From the NCBI GenBank assembly GCA_030390025.1, contig CM059432.1:124188001-124252000 (forward strand): a stretch of DNA of 64,000 nucleotides, in the 5' to 3' direction. The position numbers were made by a program, and so were the translations under genes. Origin of the DNA: Squalus acanthias. Lineage: Eukaryota. The notes beneath the pieces were generated by a model. It did no database searches and had not been told where the DNA came from. It saw only the letters and a program-made list of their open reading frames with translations. This document shows positions 38,341-49,726 of this stretch, in pieces. The first letter of the stretch is position 1. Each line of letters opens with the position of its first letter.

Positions 38341-40727
38341 CTCTTTGGGACGTTTTAAAACAAAATAATTTCAAAAATATATATATTATTAATTTAAAAA
38401 TTCAAAAATATTGATAAAACTCTAATAAAAACAGCGCATGGCTAAAACGTACTGTAAGCATTGCAACAATCAGAAAAATCATACAAAATGTATTCCTTTT
38501 TTAAAGTTCCTTGACAAATGGAGCTTCCCTTGCACCCATCCAAAATGGACTTTGAAAGCAAACCCAGTGTCAAAGACTGGAAATTGGACTAGCTATTCAT
38601 TTAACTATTTCTGAATGCACTCTGCGGTTTTAGTGAGGCTAAGGTACAAAATGCATGCTGGTACTCTGACGCAGAAAATGCAGTCGGATGGAAAACCACG
38701 GGCAGAAGGAATGGGGTGCAAAACATGCCTACTTACCAATTTTTTAATTGCTGCACCCGTGTAACTGGCACAGCGGAATGGAATATTTATTTTTTGGTTA
38801 GCGTCAAGAAACTCATGGCCTTTTATCATAAGTTAATAAATGCAATTATTTAATTATTTTTTAAGTTTTAGAAAAACACAGAATTTATTTACAATAAATA
38901 TTGAATAATATTCAATGTATTGGCTCCTACTGTTCCATGTCCTTGCCTGTTTTAGCCAACAGATGTGCTAACTCATTCGGCAAAAACATAACTCTATCTG
39001 ATGCAAGACAGTCACAGCGAAGGTTGACGTGGTGTAGCAATTTTAATGTGGCCTCGTCCACCTTCAATATTCTGGCCCATGAATGGGTGCAAACACTTCC
39101 AAAATGGATGATGAAGAGAGCCCAGAGCACAAGAATACGGGGGGAGGAAAGCATTTTAAATTTACACTTCAAAAATAAACTGGAATTGAATATATTTTGA
39201 TAGAACTAAAGCTAAAGCAAAGCCTGCCGCAACTCCCACAACCTGCACATGCGCCCAAGTTAAAATCGGGGCTCAAGTGTAAACATCAAGAACTCCCAGA
39301 TTAGTAGATAACAGGCTAGTTGTATTGAGAAGAAATTGCTTCACTTTGTTTCCACAATGTGGCTTAATTAAAATCGGTGTAGAGCAATCCCTACTCTTCT
39401 GTAATTTTTTTTCCCCCACTTCTCACACCAGCCCTGAGAAAGATTGCCAGGTTTTGCCAAACTGCGGGCAGTTTTGTACTGTAGACCTAAGCCCACTAGG
39501 AGCTCAGTTGAGGCTGTCTAAAAACATCTCACCTTCCAGAGAGAAGGGACTCTCATCCCTTCAGTTTTTAATGAAATTCAAACCCACATCCCAAAAATGC
39601 AAGGAGAGTGCGCCAACCCAGAGCACCACTCAATCCCTTGTGACAATGAATCCTATTCTCAAACATTTGCATTTCACTGAAATCTCTACCTCGAGATCAA
39701 TTTCTGTCCTAATGTTTGCAGCAAAACACAAGTCTTGTTCTCAGACACCTGGGGCTTTGTTACAATGCTGGTAAGTAATGCATCAATTAGAGTTAAGTGA
39801 TGTGACTGTGCCATTTGTGTCCATCTTATTAATTGTTCACCCACTGGCAACAATCAAAATTTGAGCTGCTAAATGGAAGCAGGTACTTGACTTTAAAAAA
39901 AAAATCAACTTTCAACAATAAAATATGGAAAATGCAGAGAGTGAGCCATGCACCAGAAGCATTTAAACTGGCGGCCTGAATATGTCTGGAACAAACACAG
40001 GTAGTTTATAATGGGAGCGGGCTGGGTCTGTCATTTACTAGCATAAAAAAAACACCTTCATAACTGGAACACCACACGTTTCAGAGTTCTCCATTACAGG
40101 GGTTACGTTCCCTCTGTTCACATTGCGGCAGGAAAATTAACTAATCTTAAGGGAAAGCACAAAGCAAAAAAAACTGTTAACATTTTGAGGATTGCCTCCC
40201 GCATTGAATAACTGCTTAATCTGAACGACATAACACGAAAGTCAAATTCCAACCAGTCATGTTGCCATCACTCACTTGCTAACAATAGTGTCTTGCAGTG
40301 AGAGGTGACATTGGAAATCAGTAGTTAAAAAGGCTGTAGCGAGTGATCCAGCAGGAATCGTGCTAGGCTATGGTATAGACGCACAAAAGCGGGAGGCGAA
40401 GTGTATAATTTTAGCAATTTAACTATGAGAAGGCAGGCTGACAAAAAAATCTGGCTGAGATAAATGGCCAGTTTAGAAGTTTCTATCATTCAAGAGTCAC
40501 AATTCAAGCTAACTGAATTTGTTCAACTTCCACATAAAATAGAATCCCCTCAGTGAGAGGTGAATCACCCAAGGCTAGTGTTTCTTTAAGATCTTTGCAG
40601 CATAAACAGCTATCTTGAACAGGTGATCTTCATCCACACTGGCGTACACTCTCGCTCAGTTTATCAAATCAATAATGGTTGACACCCCCCCTATTGAGCA
40701 TCAGAGTTGTATACAGTTTCCTGCTTT

Positions 40728-43135
40728 CGACAACAACTTGCATTTATATAGCACCTTTAAGAGATTAAGAGCTGTGACCAAAAGCTTGGTCAAAGAGGTG
40801 AGTTTTAAGGGGGGTTTGAAAGGAGGAGAGGGAGGCGGTGAGGCAGTGGAGTTTAGGAAGGGAGTTCCAGAGAGTGTGACCTTGGCGGCTGAAGTCACGG
40901 CCGTCAATAATAGGATGAAGGGAAGGGGAAAGGAATGCACAAGAGGCCAGAGTCAGAGGAACACAGAGTATGGTGGGGGGCGGGGGGGGAGGGGTGGTAG
41001 TAGGGCTGGAGGAAGTTACAGAAATTGGGAGGAGGGAGGCAATGGAGAGATTTAAAGACAAAGACAAAAACTTTAAATTTGAAGTGTTGGGGGACAGGAT
41101 GCTCACATAGGTCAGTGAGAACGGGAGTGATGGGCGGTAGACACGTGGAAGCTGACCTCATGTCTGCGGATGATAGTGCCAAGGTGCGGGATAGGATGTG
41201 AGCAGATGGGCAGAGATGGGGCAGAAGCAGGTGATGTTACGGAGGTGGAAGTAGGCGATATTTGTGTGGAGGGGATATGGTGTCAGAAACTCAGCTTGGA
41301 GTCAAATAAGATGCTCAGGTTGTGAACAGCGGTTCAGCCTGAGACAGTGGCGGGTGAGGGGGCTGGAAGAACGTGGTGAGGGTATGGAGTTTGTGGTGGG
41401 AGCAGAAGATGATGGCTTCAGCCTTCTAAATGTTTGGTTGTAGGAAGTTAAGACTCAACTAAGGTGAACAAGAAGTCTGACAATACAGAAAGAGTAGAGC
41501 GGTCGAGAGAGGTGCTGGAAGGTAGAGCTGGGTGTTGTGGGTTGTTGTAAGGTAGAGCTGGGTGTTGTAAGGTAGAGCTGGGTGTTGTAAGGTAGAGCTG
41601 GGTGTTGTGGGTGTTGGAAGGTAGAGCTGGGTGTTGTGGGTTGTTGGAAGGTAGAGCTGGGTGTTGTAAGGTAGAGCTGGGTGTTGTGGGTTGTTGGAAG
41701 GTAGAGCTGGGTGTTGTGGGTGTTGGAAGGTAGAGCTGGGTGTTGTGGGTGTTGGAAGGTAGGGCTGGGTGTTGTAAGGTAGAGCTGGGTGTTGTAAGGT
41801 AGAGCTGGGTGTTGTGGGTGTTGGAAGGTAGAGCTGGGTGTTGTGGGTTGTTGGAAGGTAGAGCTGGGTGTTGTAAGGTAGAGCTGGGTGTTGTGGGTTG
41901 TTGGAAGGTAGAGCTGGGTGTTGTGGGTGTTGGAAGGTAGAGCTGGGTGTTGTGGGTGTTGGAAGGTAGGGCTGGGTGTTGTAAGGTAGAGCTGGGTGTT
42001 GTAAGGTAGAGCTGGGTGTTGTGGGTTGTTGTGGGTGTTGTAAGGTAGAGCTGGGTGTTGTGGGTTGTTGGAAGGTAGAGCTGGGTGTTGTGGGTTGTTG
42101 TAAGGTAGAGCTGGGTGTTGTAAGGTAGAGCTGGGTGTTGTGGGTGTTGTAAGGTAGAGCTGGGTGTTGTGGGTTGTTGGAAGGTAGAGCTGGGTGTTGT
42201 GGGTTGTTGTAAGGTAGAGCTGGGTGTTGTGGGTTGTTGTAAGGTAGAGCTGGGTGTTGTGGGTGTTGTAAGGTAGAGCTGGGTGTTGGAAGGTAGAGCT
42301 GGGTGTTGTAAGGTAGAGCTGGGTGTTGTGGGTGTTGTAAGGTAGAGCTGGGTGTTGTGGGTTGTTGGAAGGTAGAGCTGGGTGTTGTGGGTGTTGGAAG
42401 GTAGAGCTGGGTGTTGTGGGTGTTGGAAGGTAGGGCTGGGTGTTGTGGGTTGTTGAAAGGTAGAGCTGGGTGTTGTAAGGTAGAGCTGGGTGTTGTAAGG
42501 TAGAGCTGGGTGTTGTGAAGGTAGAGCTGGGTGTTGTAAGGTAGAGCTGGGTGTTGTAAGGTAGAGCTGGGTGTTGTGGGTTGTTGGAAGGTAGAGCTGG
42601 GTGTTGTAAGGTAGAGCTGGGTGTTGTAAGGTAGAGCTGGGTGTTGTAAGGTAGAGCTGGGTGTTGTGGGTTGTTGGAAGGTAGAGCTGGGTGTTGTGGG
42701 TTGTTGGAAGGTAGAGCTGGGTGTTGTGGGTTGTTGGAAGGTAGAGCTGGGTGTTGTGCGTTGTTGGAAGGTAGAGCTGGGTGTTGTGCGTTGTTGGAAG
42801 GTAGAGCTGGGTGTTGTGGGTTGTTGGAAGGTAGAGCTGGGTGTTGTGGGTTGTTGGAAGGTAGAGCTGGGTGTTGTGCGTTGTTGGAAGGTAGAGCTGG
42901 GTGTTGTGGGTTGTTGGAAGGTAGAGCTGGGTGTTGTGGGTTGTTGGAAGGTAGAGCTGGGTGTTGTGCGTTGTTGGAAGGTAGAGCTGGGTGTTGTGGG
43001 TTGTTGGAAGGTAGAGCTGGGTGTTGTGGGTGTTGTAAGGTAGAGCTGGGTGTTGTGCGTTGTTGGAAGGTAGAGCTGGGTGTTGTGGGTTGTTGGAAGG
43101 TAGAGCTGGGTGTTGTGGGTGTACATGTGGATGAG
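40728..43135 (-). mobile_element. L2 LINE 3' fragment containing a minisatellite
   Basis: L2 tail at 40728 (acaacaacttgcatttatatagcacc), peptides TLWNSLPK and PITPVLTDL. Runs back to HMY...TQLYL near 43125. Confidence 0.85.
41518..43120. repeat. G-rich minisatellite with 20/29/30-bp variant units (core aaggtagagctgggtgttgt)
   Basis: Directly visible. Homogeneous 30-mers at ~42650-43020 and mixed units to the left. Confidence 0.98.
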
Positions 43136-43282
43136 GCAAGGGTGCTACCAACTGAGCCACAGCTGCCACGGTCTCTAAACTGGTCTCAACCAGATTGTTG
43201 CACTTCTGAATCTTGCAGTTAATTCCTTCCTCTCTTATATTTTAACAATATATGTCAGTAATTTGCAAGTTTATTCCTATTT

Positions 43283-44054
43283 TTGTTTTATTTGTTTATG
43301 GGATGTGGGCGTCGCTGGTAAGGCCAGTATTTATTGCCCATCCCTAATTGCCCTTGAGAAGGTGATGGTGAGCTGCCTTCTTGAACCACTGCAGTCCGTG
43401 TGATAAAGGTACTCCCACAGTGCTGTTAGGTATGGAGTTTCAGGATTTTGACTCAGCGACGATGAAGGATCGGCGATATACTTCTAAGTCAGGATGGTGT
43501 GTGACTTGGAGGGGAACTTGGAGGTGGTGGTGTTCCCATGCGCCTGCTGCCCTTGTCCTTCTAGGTGGTAGCGGTCACGGGTTTGGGCGGTGCTGCCGAA
43601 GAAGCCTTGGCGAGTTGCTGCAGTGCATCTTGTAGATGGTACATACTGCAGTCACAGTACGCCAGTGGTGGAGGGAATGAATGTTTAAGGTGGTGGATGG
43701 GTTGCCAATCAAGTGGGCTGCTTTGTCCTGGATGGTGTCGAGCTTCGTGAGTGTTGTTGGAGCTGCACTCATCCAGGCAAGTGGAGAGTATTCCATCACA
43801 CTCCTGACTTGTGCCTTGTAGATGGTGGAAAGTCTTTGGGGAGTCAGGAGGTGAGACACTCGCTGCAGAATACCCAGCCTCTGACCTGCTCTTGTTGCCA
43901 CAGTATTTATGTGGCTGGTCCAATTAAGTTTCTGGTCAATGGTGACCCCCAGGATGTCGATGGTGGGGGATTTGGCGATGGTAATGCTATTGAATGTCAA
44001 GGGGAGGTGGTTAGACTCTCGCTTATTGGAGATAGTCATTGCCTGGCACTTCTG
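43283..44054 (-). mobile_element. Crack/L2-like LINE 3' fragment
   Basis: MTISNKRESNHLPLTFN..LGVTIDQKLNWTSHIN, nearly identical to 26982-27740. Confidence 0.93.
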
Positions 44055-44374
44055 TGATACATGATCTTTATCATCCAGAATACAAAAACCATCTTATCAC
44101 TGACAACTGACTTTAAACTTTTCTTTAGACACTTTTATTGTGTCATAACTATTTGGTGGGAGCTCTCTTGTACTGTGGAATTTTTCTTTCATGCCTCCCC
44201 AGTTCCTCCCACTGTTGTTCATTCTTATAAGAAATATATGTAGGACTTTAGCATTCCTCACTGTGCTGTCCTATTTGCATTCCATATTGTGTCATCCTTC
44301 ATCTCTGTCAAATCATCAAGCAGTTCTCAGTACCTCCTTGGAGAGCGAAAGGTTTCTTTTAGAATTAGTGGGAT

Positions 44375-44567
44375 GTGACAATTGGTGTTCTGCGGGGATC
44401 TGTACTGGGGCCTCAGCTTTTCACCGTATATATCAATGACTTGGATGAAGGAATAGAGAGTTGTACATCCAAGTTTACAGATGACACTCAGTTAGGAGGC
44501 ACGGTAAGTTGTGTAGATGGGAGCAGGAAGTTACAAAGGGACGTGGACAGATTAAATGAGTGGGCAG
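44375..44567 (+). mobile_element. CR1 RT fragment
   Basis: GSVLGPQLFTVYINDLDEGIESCTSKFTDDTQLGG. Confidence 0.85.
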
Positions 44568-45142
44568 CTCTGCTCATCCCAAAGCAATTTCTGCCAGGTG
44601 TCCTAAGTCCCTCATTTACAGGGATGCCTGAAAAATGGCCCATCCCAATTTTGGGTCATATATTTTTCAGGCATCCTTGGGGCGCAGGACATTGGTCCCT
44701 GAAATTGGGCCTCACATTTTTATGCCTGTAAAACGGATCCAACGAGGTCCAGTTTCTGCCCCATTGAGTATAATCTGATCGATCCAGAACTGTGTTCTAG
44801 TTTTCCCCTGAGCTTCAGCATCCAGCCCTTTCTCCCACTAGGGTCTAGTGCTTGGAACTGCACATTAGGTGCCTGGTCAAACTGACCTTCAATCTGAATT
44901 TTGCTATTTATCTGGTGACCATTCCAATAACTCTGAGAAACTAAAACTTCAATTGGGGCACTTTTCCAAAACAAAACTCTCAGCTCTTAAAATTAGCAGA
45001 GTGGGGACTTTCACCCATCCTTCCTTCTCAAGCTTTGTTTGGTAAAAGAGGTCTCTTGAAAGAAGAGTTCTTAGTTTGGTTCTTAGGATCCTACTTTAGT
45101 CAGACCCTTTACCCTGATAATAGGAGCTACAACTCTGGCCTT

Positions 45143-45584
45143 GGGGTCGATTTTAATTCCAAGCAAGTTTCCAGTGGGAAACTGCAGGAGTTTGTTACTT
45201 TCCTGCATTCCCGTGGTAGCACGATGCCACAGCAACTTTAACCAGCAGGCCTCGTTACCTTGCCCCCGCTCCACTTCCTGGCCTCACGAATATTGGGCGG
45301 CCTACGGTGTGGGGAAGGGATTCCAGGAGAGTCTCTCAGGAGGGAATAAGTGGAGTCCAGGGCCGGGGAGGCCTAAATTTTCCTTGTGTGGTACTTGAAT
45401 TAAACTGCCATTGGGGTCCGATTGGCATCATCGGACCTCGATTAGCATATTTAAAGATTGACCCCGGCAGCTTCCGGCGGTTGCCTTTGCTGTCTGCTTT
45501 TCAGAAAAGCCCCTTTAAAATCAGACGAGATGGGTTTGAGGCAGCTTCAGTTTCCATCCGGTGGGTGTGGTTAAAATCCCTGTC
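45143..45584. mobile_element. Probable MITE
   Basis: Termini ggggtcgattttaa / ttaaaatccc with a GC-rich interior. Confidence 0.5.
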
Positions 45585-46255
45585 TCTTTTTGTTTTAAAA
45601 TTTGAATTTTCACTTCTCGAGCTCTGAACAAGCTGTGGGCACATCTGCTGTCATTGCTACTACAATAACAACAACCTTTAACATTGAAAAACATCCCAAG
45701 GCACGTATCAGATCTAAGATTACCATGTCCCAGTATTACTTTGCATCACCCCAACTCAGCCCTGAACACAATCAGTTCTTACTATGAGGAAGATGTAGAA
45801 CCCTAGAACACCATTCTGTTCCCTTCAAATTAATTTTCCATGGTAACAAATGGGGAGAAAGGCATCCCTAATACAAGTGCAAAACTTCACTGTCTTGGGT
45901 GCGATCATGGGGGGGTGGGGGGCGATATGGACTTTCCACAAATAATTTTGAATTTAAAACAAATCTAATTATTTATTTCTTAATTAAAAAGCCTGAAGAT
46001 CCTGCAGCTAACAATTAGAAAAACTGCAGGTAGCAATTACATTTCATTATTTGGAAAAAAAAGCTAATTAGTCAGAATAATTCCTTTAATCTTACTTTAT
46101 TTTTAGAGGAAGTAAAAGGCAGATTTTAAACGTCACTTTAAGTGCTGTCTCTTTGCTTCCTCATCTGTGATGTGGAGATGCCGGTGTTGGACTGGGGTGG
46201 ACAAATGTGAGAAGTCGCACAACACCAGGTTATAGTCCAACAGTTTTATTTGAAA

Positions 46256-46292
46256 TCACAAGCTTTCGGAGCGCTGCTCCTTCGTCAGGTGA
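46256..46292 (-). ncRNA. Minimal type I hammerhead ribozyme (left arm)
   Basis: UCAC-CUGACGA-A-GGAGC agc GCUCC-GAAA-GCUU-GUGA: intact core, 5-bp stem II, 4-bp stem I and a palindromic AGCU stem III. Confidence 0.82.
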
Positions 46293-46707
46293 AGTGAAGA
46301 GATACATATAGGCACAGCATATATAGTCAGAGAACACAGCCAGATGATTACAGTTAATCTTTCCAACTGCCCTTTATCACACCTCGGCAGAGAGATAATC
46401 ACGGCAATCAAAGGTGTGGATGGTGTCCAAAGAGGTCAGTCACCAAAACATTACATCAAAGACAATGTGGCAGATGTTGGGGTCTGTATGGAAAACAAAA
46501 AACTTTTTTTGCTGGTAATCACAGCAGGTCCAGCCGCATCTGTGTAGAGAGAACAAGCCAACGACGACTCGAGTCTGGATGACTCTACGTCAGGTGGGGT
46601 TACATGTAGCGTGACATGAACCCAAGATCCCGGTTGAGGCCGTCCTCATGGTGTTGTGCGACTTCTCACATTTGTCCACCCCAGTCCAACACCGGCATCT
46701 CCACTTC

Positions 46708-49382
46708 ATGGCTACTATCGACACCACAAACTGCTGGCTCAAAGTGGAGAGGATCTCCAAGAAGATCGCGCATATCGACACAGACATCAAGTTTCTACAG
46801 AGATGCAAGAAAGCAGACAAGATCCTGAAAGGACTACAGATCACGAACCCACTCAAGTCGACATACAACACAGACTACGCTGAGAGACTCTGCCGTCGTA
46901 CCTCTCGCACACTCCTCAAGCATCTCGTACACCAGCTCTACAGCAGACGCCGCAACCTCGAAACCAAGATAGAGTCCATGTTCTCAGCCTGTGCTCAGGA
47001 CATAGCAGACCAGCTACGAGACACTGCCAAACAGACGAGGCAACGGAACTATGCTACCTACATGCACACCAAGAACAGGAAGCTTGAGAAACTCGGCATC
47101 ACCACCAGCAGCAACCAAGCCTCCCCCGGTACCACGGTTGCAACCACAGGGAAGTCCATCGTCAACTTGTCCGACCACACCCTTCAACCAGACGAAATCG
47201 AAGTTCTCAGCCGAGGGCTCAATTTCTGCCCCACCACCAAAATGGACCCCATCGGTCTCGCAGCAGACACAGAGGAATTCATCAGGAGAATGAGGCTCCG
47301 GGAATTCCTCCACGAATCCCAAGATGTCAGCAGCGAACCCAATGAGACAATCAATGATCCGGAACAGCAGACAGAGGGACTCGCAGTGCAGCAACTGAAG
47401 AAGAAAGAGTCAAATTGGACCCCTCCGGAGGGTCGCTGCCCTAAGTTTGACATGTATGCTCAAGCTGTCAGGAGATGCATCAACGCCAGATTCATCAGCC
47501 GCACTCACAAGACAGTACAGAATGTCACCCGAGCACAACACAACGCCATCCACGCTCTCAAGACCAACCGCAACATCGTCATCAAACCAGCGGACAAAGG
47601 AGGAGCCATCGTCATACAGAACAGAATGGACTATTGCAAAGAAGCATACCGACAACTGGACAACCAGGAACACTACAGACAGTTACCCGCAGATCCGACC
47701 AAAGAACACACCCGCCAACTCAATAGACTGATCAAGACCTTCGATCCAGACCTTCATAGCATCCTACGCGCTCTCATCCCATGTACTCCCCGCGTGGGAG
47801 ACTCCTACTGCCTCCCAAAGATACACAAAGCCAACACACCCGGACGTCCTATCGTATCAGGCAACGAAACCCGGTGTGAGAACTTCTCTGGATACGTCGA
47901 GGGCATCCTGAAACCCATCGTACAGGGAACCCCCAGCTTCTGTCGCGACACTACAGACTTCTTACAGAAACTCAGCACCCACGGACCAGTTGAACAGGAA
48001 CACTCCTCGCCACGATGGACGTCTCGGCACTCTACACCAGTATCCCCCACGATGACGGCATCGCTGCGACAGCCTCAGTACTCAACACCAACAACAGCCA
48101 ATCTCCAGACGCCATCCTACAACTCATCCGCTTCATCCTTGACCACAATGTCTTCACCTTCGACAACCAGTTTTTTACCCAAACACACGGAACAGCCATG
48201 GGGGCCAAATTCGCACCCCAATATGCCAACATCTTCATGCATAAGTTCGAGCAAGACTTCTTCGCTGCACAGGACCTCCAACCAACGCTATACACCAGAT
48301 ACATCGACGACATTTTCTTCCTATGGACCCACGGCGAAGAATCACTGAAATGACTACACGATAACATCAACAAGTTCTATCCCACCATCAGACTCACCAT
48401 GGACTACTCCTCAGAATCGGTTTCATTCTTGGACACGCGAATCTCCATCAAAGACGGACACCTCAGCACTTCACTCTACCGCAAGCCCACGGACAACCTC
48501 ACGATGCTCCACTTCTCCAGCTTCCACCCTAACCACGTTAAAGAAGCCATCCCCTATGGACAAGCCCTGCGAATACACAGGATCTGCTCAGATGAGGAGG
48601 AACGCGATGGACACCTACGGACACTGAAAGACGCCCTCGTAAGAACGGGATATGACGCTCGACTTGTCGATCGACAGTTCCGACGGGCCACAGCGAAAAA
48701 TCGCATAGACCTCCTCAGAAGATGAACACGGGACACAACCAACAGAGTACCCTACATCGTCCAGTACTTCCCCGGAGCGGAGAAACTACGCCATGTTCTT
48801 CGCAGCCTTCAACATGTCATCGATAACGACGAACACCTCACTAAGGCCATCCCCACACCTCCACTACTCGCTTTCAAACAGCCGCCTAACCTCAAACAGA
48901 CCATCGTTCACAGCAAATTACCCAGCTTTCAGGAGAGCAGCGACCATGACACCACACAACCCTGCCACGGCAACCTCTGCAAGACATGCCAGATCATCAA
49001 CACAGACACCATCATCACACGTGAGGACACCACCCACCAGGTACATGGTACATACTCATGTGACTCGGCCAACATTGTCTACCTCATACGTTGCAGGAAA
49101 GGATGCCCCGGAGCATGGTACATCGGCGAGACCATGCAGACACTGCGACAACGTATGAACGGACACCGCGCAACAATCACCAGGCAGGAGTGTTCCCTCC
49201 TAGTCGGGGAACACTTCAGCAGTCAAGGGCATTCAGCCTCCGATCTTCGGGTTAGCGTTCTCCAAGGCCGCCTTCGAGACACACGACAACGCAAAATCGT
49301 CGAGCAGAAACTGATAGCCAAGTTCCGCACCCATGAGGACGGCCTCAACTGGGATCTTGGGTTCATGTCACGCTACATGTAA
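46708..49382 (+). pseudogene. PLE reverse transcriptase / GIY-YIG endonuclease ORF (~890 aa) with three lesions
   Basis: Motifs IVNLS, LSRGLNFCP, IKPADKGGAIVI, LPKIHK..PGRPIVSG, MDVSALYTSIP, GTAMG, YIDDIF, FLD, PCHGNLCKTC linker, NIVYLIRC..WYIGET..RMNGH. Frameshift near 47997; TGA at 48351 and 48723. Confidence 0.95.
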
Positions 49383-49384
49383 CC

Positions 49385-49424
49385 CCACCTGACGTAGAGT
49401 CATCCAGACTCGAGTCGTCATTGG
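49385..49424 (+). ncRNA. Non-canonical hammerhead-like motif immediately after the ORF stop (mirror copy ~46558-46597, minus)
   Basis: ccac CTGACGt a GAGTC atcca GACTC GAgt cgtc attgg: hammerhead topology with altered core bases. Confidence 0.5.
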
Positions 49425-49689
49425 CTTGTTCTCTCTACACAGCTGCGGCCGGACCTGCTGTGATTTCCAGCAAAAAAAGTTTTTTGTTTTCCATACAGAC
49501 CCCAGCATCTGCCACATTGTCTTTGATGTAATGTTTTCCTGACTGACCTGTTTGGACACCATCCACACCTTTGATGGCCGTGATTATCTCTCTGCCGAGG
49601 TGTGATAAAGGGCAGTTGGAAAGATTAACTGTAATCATCTGGCTGTGTTCTCTGACTATATATGCTGTGCCTATATGTATCTCTTCACT

Positions 49690-49726
49690 TCGCCTGACGA
49701 AGGAGCAGCGCTCCGAAAGCTTGTGA
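49690..49726 (+). ncRNA. Minimal type I hammerhead ribozyme (3' arm)
   Basis: tcgc CTGACGA a ggagc agc gctcc GAAA gctt gtga. Stem I is retained through a G-U pair. Confidence 0.82.

Noticed and set aside
41518..43120. CRISPR-like array
   Set aside because: There are no unique spacers and no cas genes, and the context is eukaryotic.
41448..43169. 573-aa and 555-aa Thr/Pro-rich ORFs as a mucin-like gene
   Set aside because: They are by-products of a stop-free minisatellite strand. Several frames are open, unit lengths of 20 and 29 bp shift the frame, and the array is embedded in an L2.
46648..48348. 566-aa ORF as a complete protein
   Set aside because: Residues after ~47997 are out of frame, and the annotated ATG is created by the inversion junction. 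The real RT continues in the 48015 frame.
48351..48725. In-frame TGA codons in the PLE ORF as selenocysteine recoding (reported for some Naiad PLEs)
   Set aside because: Both fall in basic contexts (LK*LHD, LRR*TRD) best explained by CGA>TGA CpG decay, not at conserved Cys positions. The ORF also has a frameshift.
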